Source of the DNA: Mobula hypostoma
Lineage: Eukaryota
NCBI RefSeq assembly: GCF_963921235.1
Contig: NC_086105.1
Span: forward strand, 35,650,001-35,714,000
Length of the DNA: 64,000 bases
Direction of reading: 5' to 3'
The notes under the pieces are model-generated. The model had not been told where the DNA came from. It searched no databases and was given only the letters and a program-made list of their open reading frames with translations. The position numbers were made by a program, and so were the translations under genes. Of this stretch, positions 25,340 to 37,080 are shown one piece after another (position 1 is the first letter of the stretch; each line of letters begins with the position of its first letter).

Positions 25340-26000
25340 CCACAGATCCCTGAAAGTTGCCTCACAGGTGGATAGGGTAGTTAAAAAAGCTTATGGGGTG
25401 TTAGCTTTCATAAGTCGAGGGACAGAGTTTAAGAGTCGCGATGTAATGATGCAGCTCTATAAAACTCTGGTTAGGCCACATTTGGAGTACTGTGTCCAGT
25501 TCTGGCCGTCTCACTATAGGAAGGATGTGGAAGCATTGGAAAGGGTACAGAGGAAATTTACCAGGATGCTGCCTGGTTTAGAGAGTATGCAATATGATCA
25601 GAGATTAAGGGAGCTAGGGCTTTACTCTTTGGAGAGAAGGAGGATGAGAGGAGACATGATAGAGGTGTACAAAATAATAAGAGGAATAGATAGAGTGGAT
25701 AGCCAGCGCCTCTTCCCCAGGGCACCACTGCTCAATACAAGAGGACATGGCTTTAAGGTAAGGGGTGGGAAGTTCAAGGGGGATATTAGAGGAAGGTTTT
25801 TTACTCAGAGAGTGGTTGGTGCGTGGAATGCACTGCCTGAGTCAGTGATGGAGGCAGATACACTGGTGAAGTTTAAGAGACTACTAGACAGGTATATGGA
25901 GGAATTTAAGGTGGGGGCTTATATGGGAGGCAGGGTTTGAGGGTCGGCATAACCTTGTGGGCCAAAGGGCCTGTACTGTGCTGTACTGTTCTATGTTCTA
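25340..26000 (+). mobile_element. CR1 LINE 3' fragment with open C-terminal frame
   Basis: ORF 25368..25940 ([17 protein letters not shown]...RGHGFK...FFTQRVVGAWNALP); TTCTATG tail. Confidence 0.9.
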
Positions 26001-26224
26001 CAATGGTCATTTGCTGGTACTGGACCAACCTAATAGTGGAAGCTTCTGAAATTGATTTGAGTGGGGAAACGGTCCAGGTTTGGGGAATGAGTTTTTGAAT
26101 TTTTTGAGCAAGTGGTGGAACAACATTTGCAAGGAGCTCAAACTACTCAACAAAGAGCATCTGTATGAAGTGTTTATTCATGTTATTTAGAATTAAGTTG
26201 AATTTTCTTTTATAAACTAGTATA

Positions 26225-26660
26225 TACCCTCAGTGGCCACCATCTGTACACCTGCTCGTTCATGCAAATATCGTAATCAACCAATTATGTGGCAGCAACT
26301 CAAAGCTTAAAAGCATACAAAAGTGGGCACAAGGTTCATTTGCTGTTCAGACCAGGGAAGAAATGTGATTTAAGTAACCTAGTCTCTGGAATGATTGTTG
26401 GTGCCAGACTGAGTGGTTAGACCATCTCAGAAACTGCTGATTTCCTGGGATTTTCACGCACAACAGTCTATCTAGTGAGTAGCAATTCTGCGGGTGAAAA
26501 TACCTTGTTAATAAGAGAGGTCAGTGGAGAATGGCCAGACAGGAAGGCAAGAATAACTCAAATAGCCTCGTGTTACAAGAGTAGCGTGCTGAGGAGCATC
26601 TCTAAAAGCACAACACGTTGAACCTTGAAGTGGAAGGGCTACAGAAGTAGGCCGCTGAGT
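26225..26660 (+). mobile_element. Degenerate Tc1-derived non-autonomous fragment
   Basis: CAGTGGCCAC start and an HTH-like remnant (MIVGAR.SG..ISETADFLGFSRTTV). Confidence 0.55.
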
Positions 26661-27914
26661 GTATATATAGCATTTTTATATTGCCCAAAAATGCCTGATA
26701 AATGTCTGATCCAAGAGCATTCCTAGCTAACACAAACAGTATACATTAGGTTCTCTGAATATGTGTCTGAGAACCTTGAAGCCTGTTTTCCAGAGTTCTT
26801 TACAAGAAGTATTCTATTACGAGAAAACGGCATGTCCCTTCCCTATAAATAGAAAGAAAGAGATAGAGCGAGCGTGAGGTAGAGAGAGAGCAAAAGCAAG
26901 AGAAAATTAAGACTCCTAATGGTCTGCCCAAATCCATAGCATTTGAGGTAGCCATTCCAGCTGCAGCTTTATCCTTCTACTCTCTTGGTTTCTTTTCCCT
27001 TGACAGCCAGTGAGGTAGCTTGAAAGTAGTTGCTGCCAAAGTATATATACCATCAGATTACTTAGCTGAGCCATCCTACCAAACTTCCATCTGTTACTGA
27101 GTGCCAACAAGTCTACAACTACAGTATGTTTATGTTCCACAAAAGCCACCTGACACCTTACTTCAACTTACCTTGATATATACTTTCATCTTTATGCTTT
27201 ATACTTACTTAGGTTCCCTATAAATACTTTTATTTTTGCAATTCACCTTCATTCCTTCAGTGATTACAATGTTCATCAAAGGAGGCATCCTATTTCAGAC
27301 ATTAACTAGGATCTGGAACTTAGTAGAGGAGTGGGTGACAGGGAAATACGGGTGAACTCCTGCATGCTACAAAGCCCAAGGTACCAAAAGGGTAGAATTG
27401 ACCCACAAGTAGAAGGGGTTGAAAATTATCAAAACCCTCATTCTTAATTTTCATACAAATGCTAACAGGTCTACTGGAAAGGAAAATAAATCCCTAAGTC
27501 AATGCATGAATTACTACATTCAAACGCAACATTAAACCAACACAAACAAACATCCTACACCTTACATATGAATACAGCTAAATATCTACATACATGGAAC
27601 ACATGCTCTTTCTTCTTTTCAGAAGTAGAATGCAACCACAGATGCCTGGAAGGGATTGGTATTATGCCTGCAGATTCAGTGGGAGAAGCAACGAAACATT
27701 ACTGCATCATTCACTTGCTTCCACTAAGCCCAGCAACATCACAGGATCATGTAATGATTCACCAAGTACAAACGGACAGCGGACATGTCAATTCCCAAGA
27801 GCAAAGACACCAGTAGTTTTCTCACAGAGGATTCAAGATGAGGATTGCCATGGGGTGAACTATCTGGGCCACTGTTGAGCTTGCTTGTAACAACTAAAAA
27901 TTCACATGTGCCAG

Positions 27915-28585
27915 TTCTCATTGGTGGGCCAGAGGTGAAGAGTCGGCAGCTTCAAATTCCTGGGCATTAACATCATGAATGACCTGTCCTGGGCACACCA
28001 CCAAGATGCTATTACAAAGGTGGCACACCTCCATTTTTATTTTCTTGGAAGCTTAAGGAGATTTAGCATGTCACTCAATACACTAGCAGCCTTCTAGATG
28101 CATTGGCTACATTTTGGCCTCGTATGGCAATTTCCATGCAAAGGTTCACAAATTGCTGCAGGGAGAAGTGGACACAGCCCTCCTCACCACTGAAAGCATG
28201 TACAAGAGTTACAGCCTCTAAAAGGTGGCATCTATCATCAAGGATCCCCAATATCTACATTAAGTCATCTTTGTGCGGCTACTGTCTGGGCACCTGAAAT
28301 CCCTCACCGTTCAGAAACAGCTTCTTTTCTATAACCATTAGGTTCTTGCATCTTCCTGCAAAAACCCTAATCCCACCTCATCAGTGGAACACTACAGACC
28401 ACTTCTTGTGATACTACAGGGATGTCTTCCTTTTTGCGATAATGTCTTGTTTTGCAGTCTTTTTGTCGTGTATAATTTATGTTGTGTTGTCTGAATCTAC
28501 ATTCCTATAACACTGCTGCATGCAAGTTTTTCATTGTACCTTTAACTTGCCGTACTTGAGCACATGACAATAAAGTTGACCAGAC
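27915..28585 (+). mobile_element. Degenerate Rex1-like 3' fragment
   Basis: FKFLGINI..DLSW and IIKDP remnants; AATAAAGTTGA-type tail. Confidence 0.6.
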
Positions 28586-29621
28586 TAGTCCTGGTTCTTA
28601 TTAGAAGAACTAAACATTTCCTCACATATGCCAAATGCAGCAGACATCAAGTTAATTGACAAGCTGAGGACACTTTGCAGCTCCAGTAAGCTTTTTTTTT
28701 AGGATGTTTGTGAGATGCTGTCAGAAAAAAGCCACCTTCATGAGGTCTTTGAGCTTCAATGGTGATCCTAATATGGTAGCTTTTCTACTTATGCTTATGA
28801 TCTGAGGCAACACTGATAGAGATAAGAGTGGATCAAGCAGTGAGGAGTCTAGTATCCTATTAAACAGCTCATTTTCTCTCTCAGGTAAAAAAGTGTTAAA
28901 AAAACAGCACGGCAATTCTCCTGGTGTCCGATACGTTTATCTTAACAGCAATAAAAGTAGAATACATCGTTTCCAATTAATTGGTGGAATTTTGCTGATG
29001 CACATTGGCTGCCAGATTTGCTTACAAGTGACTTAAAAGTTATTGACTAGAATCACTTTGTAGTACCTTGTGAATGGAAGTTTGGCATATACAGTAATCC
29101 AATAATCTATTATCCAACTACTCAGATATCCCAATGATTCGGTGTATGTTCACTAAGTAAAGATTGCCACACACCCTTTCCACTTCCAGGGCATCAATTC
29201 TCAAGAACCCTCACTCACCCGAGTCTTGATTCCCATACTCCTTTCCTCACATCTGATTTAAAGGAAAAATTTATTATTGAACTCTAGATCGTAAAAAAGG
29301 TTTATTAAAAAAGGTGTTGATGAGTTATAAGATCCAATAGGCTGTATTTTTTATAAGTTAATATTCAAATCTTATTGTCAAATTAGCACAAAGCACAAGC
29401 TGCCATTTATCACCTCCCTGGTTTATTCTAACTGGTCAACAGTGTACTTACTGAAGTTGCTTTAATCAATTATAAAATAACAGTACATTTTTAACAGATT
29501 AGGAACTGAACCAGGATTTTCCTGATTTGCATTTAACATAATCTCAACCAAATGAAGTTACTATTCTCACATGTAACCATATCTGCAAACGTTTAAGAAC
29601 AAAAAAAATCTTTCAATTTAC

Positions 29622-29825
29622 CTCTTCTTTCTCATACTTAGCATGTTTGCGCTCAACAGCTGCATTTTTCTTTTTATTGTAATTAAATCGAGCTTCTTCT
29701 TCTGCATTTACCATTTCTTTCTTCTTCATATCATATTCATTAGATAATTCCCCTGAGTTGCTGACTTGTTCAAACAATTGTGTTCTTTCCTTGGGTTTCT
29801 TCATTGCAATATTCTCCACAGTTCC
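29622..29825 (-). CDS. SMC1B: SMC1B coding exon 4 (204 nt): [27 protein letters not shown]...KYEKEE
   Basis: Within ORF 29613..29834; SMC1 motif IAMKxPKERTxLFE; AG/GT boundaries, phase 0/0. Confidence 0.95.
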
Positions 29826-30149
29826 CTGCAACATAAAGCTGGTATTTAAAGACCTGATTTGTTGATAACTAGAGAATATACAAAAATATTAATGACTCGT
29901 GTTGTTAAATATTTTGCTGTATTCCTTATTGCCAAATTATATTCCATTTTACACATGTGGTTTGCCTTTAACTATTTCATCAGACTAAATAAACACTGAA
30001 ATGGAAGCCATGGTAGGTCATACCAAAGGCTTGTTACACCGTTCCATATGATCACAAGTGATGTGTTACCTCATTACCACTTTCCCATGTTGACTATGCA
30101 TCTCCTGATTCTCTCGACATAAAAAAACCTACTGTTTATACAGATCCAT

Positions 30150-32070
30150 TTTCAAGTCCAGGTATCACTTGAAAGCCAGCATTAAATGCCCATCTCTAAC
30201 TGCCTGTGAGATGTCAGTGGTGAGTCTTCATTCCTCAACCACCAGTGCTCCTGGTGAAGGAACTTTTACAGTGCTGTAACAGATGAAATTCCAAGCTTTT
30301 TGACCTTTTAACAATGCAGGATTAGTTATATATTTCCAAATCAACATGGTTCAACTGTGATGCTCTTTGCCTTTCTTACAAATAGAGTCACAAGTTTGAG
30401 TCTTGGAATAGCCTGGGCAGGAACATAACTTTAGTGCATTTTATAGATGATACACACGACAGCTTCTGTAAACCAGAGCTGAATAAAAGTGGTTGATGGG
30501 GTGTCCATCAAGTGAGCCACTTTGTCTTGGATGTTGAGTTTGTTGAGTGAGGAAAATAAATAGCATTCCATTGTGTTCATAAATTGAGCCTTATAGACGA
30601 TAGAAAGGCCTCGTAATATGAGGAAATGAGTCATTTGTCATAGGATACCCTGCTTTTCACCTGCTCTTGTAGCCACATTGTTAAATGAGGGTCCCATTGT
30701 TCTGACCAATGGTCTCCACCCCACCCATGCCTTTGCACCCCTCCCCTCTCCCACACCCCAATTTAATGATGGAAGGTGACTCAGCAATTGTAATGTTATT
30801 GAAAATCAAGGAAAGGTAGTTAGCCTCTCTTGCCAGAGATAATATGTTTTCAGTAATGATCTTGTATGTTACTTGCCACATACTCCATCATTTTTGGCAT
30901 TTTGAAGGAAGATCATTGATGAAGCAGCTGAATATGGTCCTGCTAAAACGTTGACCTGACAAACTTCAAAACTAATGTTCTGGAACCTTTAACAAACACA
31001 ACCATCTTTCTACGTGCAAGGCATGGTTCCAACCACTGAAATGTTTTCCCTTTCACTTCCATTGTACCAGGTCATCTGGATATTACACTGTCAAATACTC
31101 CTTGATATTAAGGATAGTCACCATTGTGCCAATGGAATTCAGTTTCTTTAATCTCTTCTTGTACCCAGGCAGTGAAAAAATTTGAAGCCAGTAAACCTAG
31201 TGAAACCTAAACTGGGCACTTATGAATAGGTTGAATGATTCCTGACATCACTATTGAGAACAGCTTCCATCATTTTGCTGATAATCAAGTAGATTGATTG
31301 GTAGTAATAGGTATTTCAGATCTAGGTGAGCAATCTTATCCATTCTAAAATACGAGAATAGCTAAGTCACAGCTAGTTCTGGAGTGCAGATCTTCAGTAC
31401 TATATGTGGCATGTGCTATACTCAGCCAGTACTATACTTCAGTACTATATGTGGGGTCCAGTGGCACTTGCTATCACATGAAGCTGATCAAATTGGTTGG
31501 AGATTGTCTTCTGTGATGGTGTCAACACAGGAATAAGCACTTCCAGTTGAACATGTTATCAAATGTCCTAACCTTTTCTTCAGCAGTTACTTGCCAGATA
31601 GCACCATAAGTGAGGAGGTGCTGTTTGAAGCTTCCACCTCACATTAGATGTAAAATTGTACACAAGCAGTTGTATTAGGGCTCCAAAGTGTAAACTGATT
31701 TGTTGGTTTTGAGAATAATATGTCTATTGCATGTTGTTTTGCATATACTGTCCTGTATTACTGCTTCACCTGGCAGGTACTTCATCAATTTAGGTACGCC
31801 TGATACTGCAGCAGCATGTACTTCTGCAATCCCCATTGGTCCAGAGTTGGTCCCTTGGCTTATTACCATTGATAGAATGGCTGGGTCATGAGATTGCAGA
31901 TTGCTCTCAGACTATTCCATTTAGTTTGCTTACAGTGCAACACAGCATGATGTGCGATGTCCTTGGTGTGAAGACAGTACTTCTGTCTCCATAAGAACTA
32001 TGCAGTGATCATCTCCAGACCCAGCAGCTCATTCTGCGGTGGTATTCCCAAAGCAGGCTTGGCGAGGGAT
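30150..32070 (-). mobile_element. Ancient, highly degenerate LINE remnant (CR1/L2-group)
   Basis: ORF 30431..30634 (IVYKAQF...MEC...LNIQDKVAHL) resembles a LINE ORF2 C-terminus; boundaries are approximate. Confidence 0.4.
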
Positions 32071-32905
32071 ATTGAAGTTCTCTACCAACTGTATGTGTCC
32101 TTTCAATTCTTTTTCAAGAGTTTCAATTCACTCAGTGACTTAAGTCTCCAAATCTTCTTTGGTTATGAATTTTAAAGATTTACCACTCTCTGGGTGAAGA
32201 ATTTTTTCACTAGTGCCATGAATAGCTAGCTCTTATCTTGAGACTGTGTAACATAGTCTAGACAACACAGTCAGTGAAACATCAACTCCATGTCTAAGAA
32301 CTTCCTGTATTTCAATATTGCCACTTTTCATCTGTAAAAACTCTTAAGGACTCTGAGGAAAAAAAATACTAGTAAACACAAAATTTGCACTAAAAACTGA
32401 AGAGGTGAGGTTAGTAATGGGCCCAAGAAAACATGAGCAAATTGCTTAATTCCACCTTAATTTCCAAAGCACAACGTCTTTTTCTTGCATAAAAATTAAG
32501 ATTAAATTGCAAGGGGAGATTGTACAAAGTTGGACTATGTTCTCTCAAATTAAGAAGGTGAAAGGGTGATTTGATCATTTACAGATAGAAAAAACTATGC
32601 AGCAAAAGCAACAATGAAAAACTAAACTTGGGCATTTAATTACACTAAATTTAAAGCCAGTCTTTCCGTAAACAGAGAATAGGGAAAACTCCTCTGCAAA
32701 TATCAATTGATGGTAAACCAATTCATAATTCTATATCAAAAACTTATATGTTCCATGAAAGGTATTTAGAAATATGATGGGTATATGGAGTTATTTTACT
32801 AATCCACCATAATTTCATTACATTACAGAAAGGGTTAAATAGCCCAATCCTATTCTTGCATTCCAAACACACAACTAAAATAAACAATCATAATTTTCTT
32901 AATAC

Positions 32906-33018
32906 CTGAAACACCAGGCAGTTTCTACCTTTCAGTAGAATGCCAATTTTTTCAAGTTCATTTGAGTATTCTGTTCGACTGATAGCTTTATCATTTAATC
33001 GAAATTCTGAAGAATTAC
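32906..33018 (-). CDS. SMC1B: SMC1B coding exon 3 (113 nt): NSSEFRLNDKAISRTEYSNELEKIGILLKGRNCLVFQ
   Basis: Translated by hand (not in the ORF track); Q-loop NCLVFQ is SMC1B-type; canonical AG/GT boundaries. Confidence 0.93.
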
Positions 33019-33653
33019 CTGACAAAACAATGATAGAAAACGAATTCACCATTTAGCTTCCATAACTATACTTTGCTCATAATATTAATCTGTTGAGTAA
33101 ATCAAATATAGGATATAAAAGCTTTTCTGAAAGTGTCAACACTCATATCACCCAAACATTCTCTTTTCTCCCCTTTGCCACATACAGCAGGCTGAAGGAC
33201 AGCTTCTATTCCACTGTTATCAGACTCTTGAACGGATCTCTTGATGATAAAAAAAACTCTAAACCTCTCAAAATACTTGGTTATGAGCTTGCACTTTATT
33301 GCTACCTGCAATGCATTTTTGGTAGCTTTTACACTTTATTATTGTTTTTGCTTATTATAGCTCAATGCACGGTGTAATGATTTGATCTGTATAAACAGTA
33401 CGCAAAACAGGTTTTCACTGTATCTTGGTATATATGAAACTGTTCATAAATTAGCAATGTTTAGCTGAATTGTAGAAAAAATGTAGTAACTCAAAGGGAT
33501 GGGTTCTCAAAAATCATTTTAATTACAAATATTTTGTTAATTCCTCTCAAGTCTGATAGTTTAAGATTAAATATGCTATAAAAGATGCCTGAACAGATAT
33601 AATAACAATAATCTGATAATCTTTTAATTAGAAACAGCAACCCCTTCCTTTAC

Positions 33654-33842
33654 CAACAATGGCTCTGGTAAATGTTAGCTCCTCTCCATTTTCCGTCTCA
33701 TACAGCATAGTGACCCTTGCCATAGGTGACACAGGATGTCCTATATGAGCACCATGAATCAGGTCCTTCATGTGCTTCACTCTGAGATTAGCAGTTCTCT
33801 CGCCCATCACAAAACTGATAGCATCCATTATATTGGACTTCC
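33654..33842 (-). CDS. SMC1B: SMC1B coding exon 2 (189 nt): [34 protein letters not shown]...FTRAIV
   Basis: Completes Walker A (GKS); AG acceptor 33844-33843, GT donor 33653-33652; phase 1/1 consistent with neighbouring exons. Confidence 0.95.
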
Positions 33843-34639
33843 CTGTCAATGAAAGTAAAGGTGAGATCAATTTGTAAATATTTATTCTGCAGGAAATTAA
33901 TACAGCATAAAAAATTAGGTTTACCATTATGTATGTTGTTCTTAACAGTTACATGTATACCACTTCAAAACCAAATTTAGAGAAGCAAATCAATTTCACC
34001 AATTGTTCAATGGAATTAAAGTTCAGTATTTGAAAGATTTAGTAAAAACAATCTCAAAATATTCCATGTGATTTAGACAGCTAGTAATACCTTAATCTGT
34101 TTTATATTCAGGATTCTACTATCTTTTCTCAAAAACCAGCAAGAGCTCAAATCTTTGAGAGTTAAATAGTTTGGAAAGCACTGATTTGTTTTTTCCAACT
34201 ATATATGTTTACAACCACTGAATACTTAAGGAGATCTTGATTTCTGATCCATTCTCTGGAATGGAATTTACATAACCAACATTAAAGGGCACAATGTAAG
34301 GTATGATGCAATAGCCTTTTAAATGAGCATGAAAAAAAAGCAAGACAGGGATTTTTTAAAAATTGAGAACCTGGGAGTGAAGAAGCTTAGAACACAAACG
34401 AGCAGTCATTGTGGAGGTCTCGCATGTCTTTATATCATTTTATTTGCTGTATAATTTCTTTCAAGAATCTGAAAGTCAGATGTAAAGAGAAGCATTCTCT
34501 ATTATTTTGAGGAATACTCCCAAGGATTGGTAATCATTGACATTAGAGTCACTGACAAATATATGCAAACTGTCAAAATGGTTGTTGTAATGCATCTAGA
34601 GTGGTAGTGGGTAGTGTTTGTCGCTCTCAATTTCAGCTT

Positions 34640-35400
34640 CCACTGCTGGCTAGCAGTCTTGTGAAAAGGACAGCAGAATGTGCAAGTCTCTCCCTGCCAG
34701 TACACAACCTCTCCAACAGCAACCCTCATTTAGTGCCTCATCACTGACAACACACGGAAACTCAACTCCTTTTGGACTCAGGCTGAACAACAGAGGACAG
34801 GGAGGAGGTCTCGCACCTGCACGTGTACACACAGGCCACCAGTGCGTGGACACGTCCTGGTACTTGTGAACCAGATCCCCAGCAATGGGTAAAAAGCCCC
34901 ACTGCCTTGCGGGCAGACTCGGAAGACAAAGACTACAGGAGTAAACCCAGGCAGTAAATCCAGAGCAGAGCCCCTAAGGCATTTGGATGTCATTGACCAT
35001 CCTCCCAGCAGCTCCTGCAGCCAAGCTGGTGCCTGACGAAGGGTCTCGGCCTGAAACGTCGACTGCGCCTCTTCCTATAGATGCTGCTTGGCCTGCTGCG
35101 TTCACCAGCAACTTTGATGTGTGTTGCCAAACATATTGCTTCATTAGCTTTCCTTTGGACTACACCAGTGGGGCCGAGAGGGGAAGATCTTTATGACTAG
35201 GCACCTCAGGATCTCCAAACCTTCTGCCCAGGTTTGTGATAATGATGATGATGATTACCCATTGTCCTTCGAGACAGACAGATGCCAACCAACATGAGAA
35301 ATGGAGAAACCCAAAAGGCACCCTGGCACATCAATGGTAATGGCGCAGAAGAAATGTACTCTAGGATGGATTGGCAGCAATGGAAGCTGGTTAATTTGAA
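34640..35400. mobile_element. Probable RTE-derived non-autonomous element, interrupted by a Penelope terminal-repeat fragment at 35032-35125
   Basis: GC-richer island containing a (GAT)n run; the 35032-35125 insert is nearly identical to 39873-39965. Family assignment is tentative. Confidence 0.45.
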
Positions 35401-35717
35401 GATGATCATTAGACACACAAGAAAATAGAAACAAATATAGTCCACCAGGCACCTCAAACCCACTGCGCCTTTCAAACATGATAATGGCTCATCTATTCTG
35501 GCTTCAACTTCTCTTCTATGCCAGTTCTCATTAACCCTCAGTCTTCCAAATAAGTGCAACGATTTAGCCTCAAATACAAGGGAGGGGCAGAGAATTTAGT
35601 ATTCTCTACCTGATTAGAGAAGAAATTTCTATACACTTCATTTTTCAGTGACTGGTGTGAACCTCCCACCAGTGAAAAATTCTCACTAAGTATTTATCAA
35701 GTCCCTGAGGACCTTAA

Positions 35718-37080
35718 ATGAGGAAATCTGCAGATCCTGAAAATCCAAGCAACACACACAAAATGCTGATGGAACTCTGCAGGCCAGGCGGCATCTATGT
35801 AAAAAAGTACAGTCAATGTTTCCGGCTAAGACTCTTTGGCAGGACTGGAGAAAAAGAGATGAGGAGTTGATTTAAAAGGTGGGGGGAGGGGAAAGAGAAA
35901 CACCAGGTGATAGGTGAAACCAGGAGGGGGAGGGATGAGGTAAAGAGCTGGGAAGAGCAAAAGGTGTAGCCATGGGCACTCCCACGAGTCCCAGCTACGC
36001 CTGCATTTTTACTCGGCTAGGTGAGTCACAGTCTATGCTCCAAGCCTACACTGGTGTCCGTCTTCCATTTTTCCTATGCTACATCGACGACTGCATTGGT
36101 GCTGCTTCCAGCACCAATGCAGAGCTCATCGACTTCATCAACTTTGCCTCCAACTTCCACCCTGCCCTCAAATTTGCCTGGCCCATGTCTGACACTTCCC
36201 ACCCCTTTCTTGGTCTCACTGTCTCCATCTCTGGAGACAGTTTATCTTGTGATGTCTATTATAAACTAACGGACTGTCAAAGCTACCTGGACTATACTTC
36301 CTCCCACCGTTACTTGTAAAAAAGCTATTCACTCTCAATTCTTCCATCTCTGCCGCATCTGCTCTCAGGATGAGGCTTTTCATTCCAGAATGAAGATGTC
36401 CTCCTTTTTCAAAGAAAGGGGCTTCCCTTCCTTCACTATCAACGCTGCCTTCAACTGCATCTCTTCCATTTCACATACATCTACTCTTACCCCATCCTTC
36501 TGCCACCCTACCAGGGATAGTGTTCCTCGTCCTCACCTATCATCCCACCACCCTCCGCATCCAGCACATAATTCTCCAGAAATTACGCCATCTACAACAG
36601 GATCCCACCACCAAGGACATCTCTCCCTCCCCTCCACTTTCTGCTTTCCACAAGGATCGCTCCCTACGCGACTCCCTTGTCCATTTGTCCCTCCCCACTG
36701 ACCTCCCTCCTGGCATTTATCTTTGCAAGCCCAACAAGTGCTACACTTGCCCTTACAACTCTTCCCTCACTAACATTCAGGGCCCTAAACAATCCTTCCA
36801 GGTGAGGTGACTCTTCACCTGTGAGTCTGTTGGGGTCATATTTTGTGTCTGGTGCTCCCAGTGTGGCTTCTTCTATATTGGTGAGACCCGACATAGATTG
36901 GGAGACCGCTTCACCAAGCACCTACACTTTGTCCACCAGAAGAAGTGGGATCTCCCAGTGGCCACCCATTTTAAATTCACTTCCCATTACCATTACAATA
37001 TGTCAATCAATGGCTCCTCTACTGTCAAGATGAGGCCACACTTAGGTTAGAGGCACAACACCTTATATTCTGTCTGGGTA
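35718..37080 (+). mobile_element. Older Penelope-like element (RT + GIY-YIG remnants) preceded by an inverted terminal-repeat copy (35718-35955)
   Basis: GVAMGT...PSYAC, CYIDD, DYTSSH and YIGET remnants with frameshifts; collinear with about 38390-39530. Confidence 0.85.

Noticed and set aside
25368-25940. 190-aa ORF as a host gene
   Set aside because: It is the C-terminus of CR1 ORF2 in a 5'-truncated copy.
35032-35125. A fourth active hammerhead
   Set aside because: The core is intact but the insertion is truncated at the core, so the 5' strand of stem I (AGUC) is replaced by GUGC and cannot pair with GACU.
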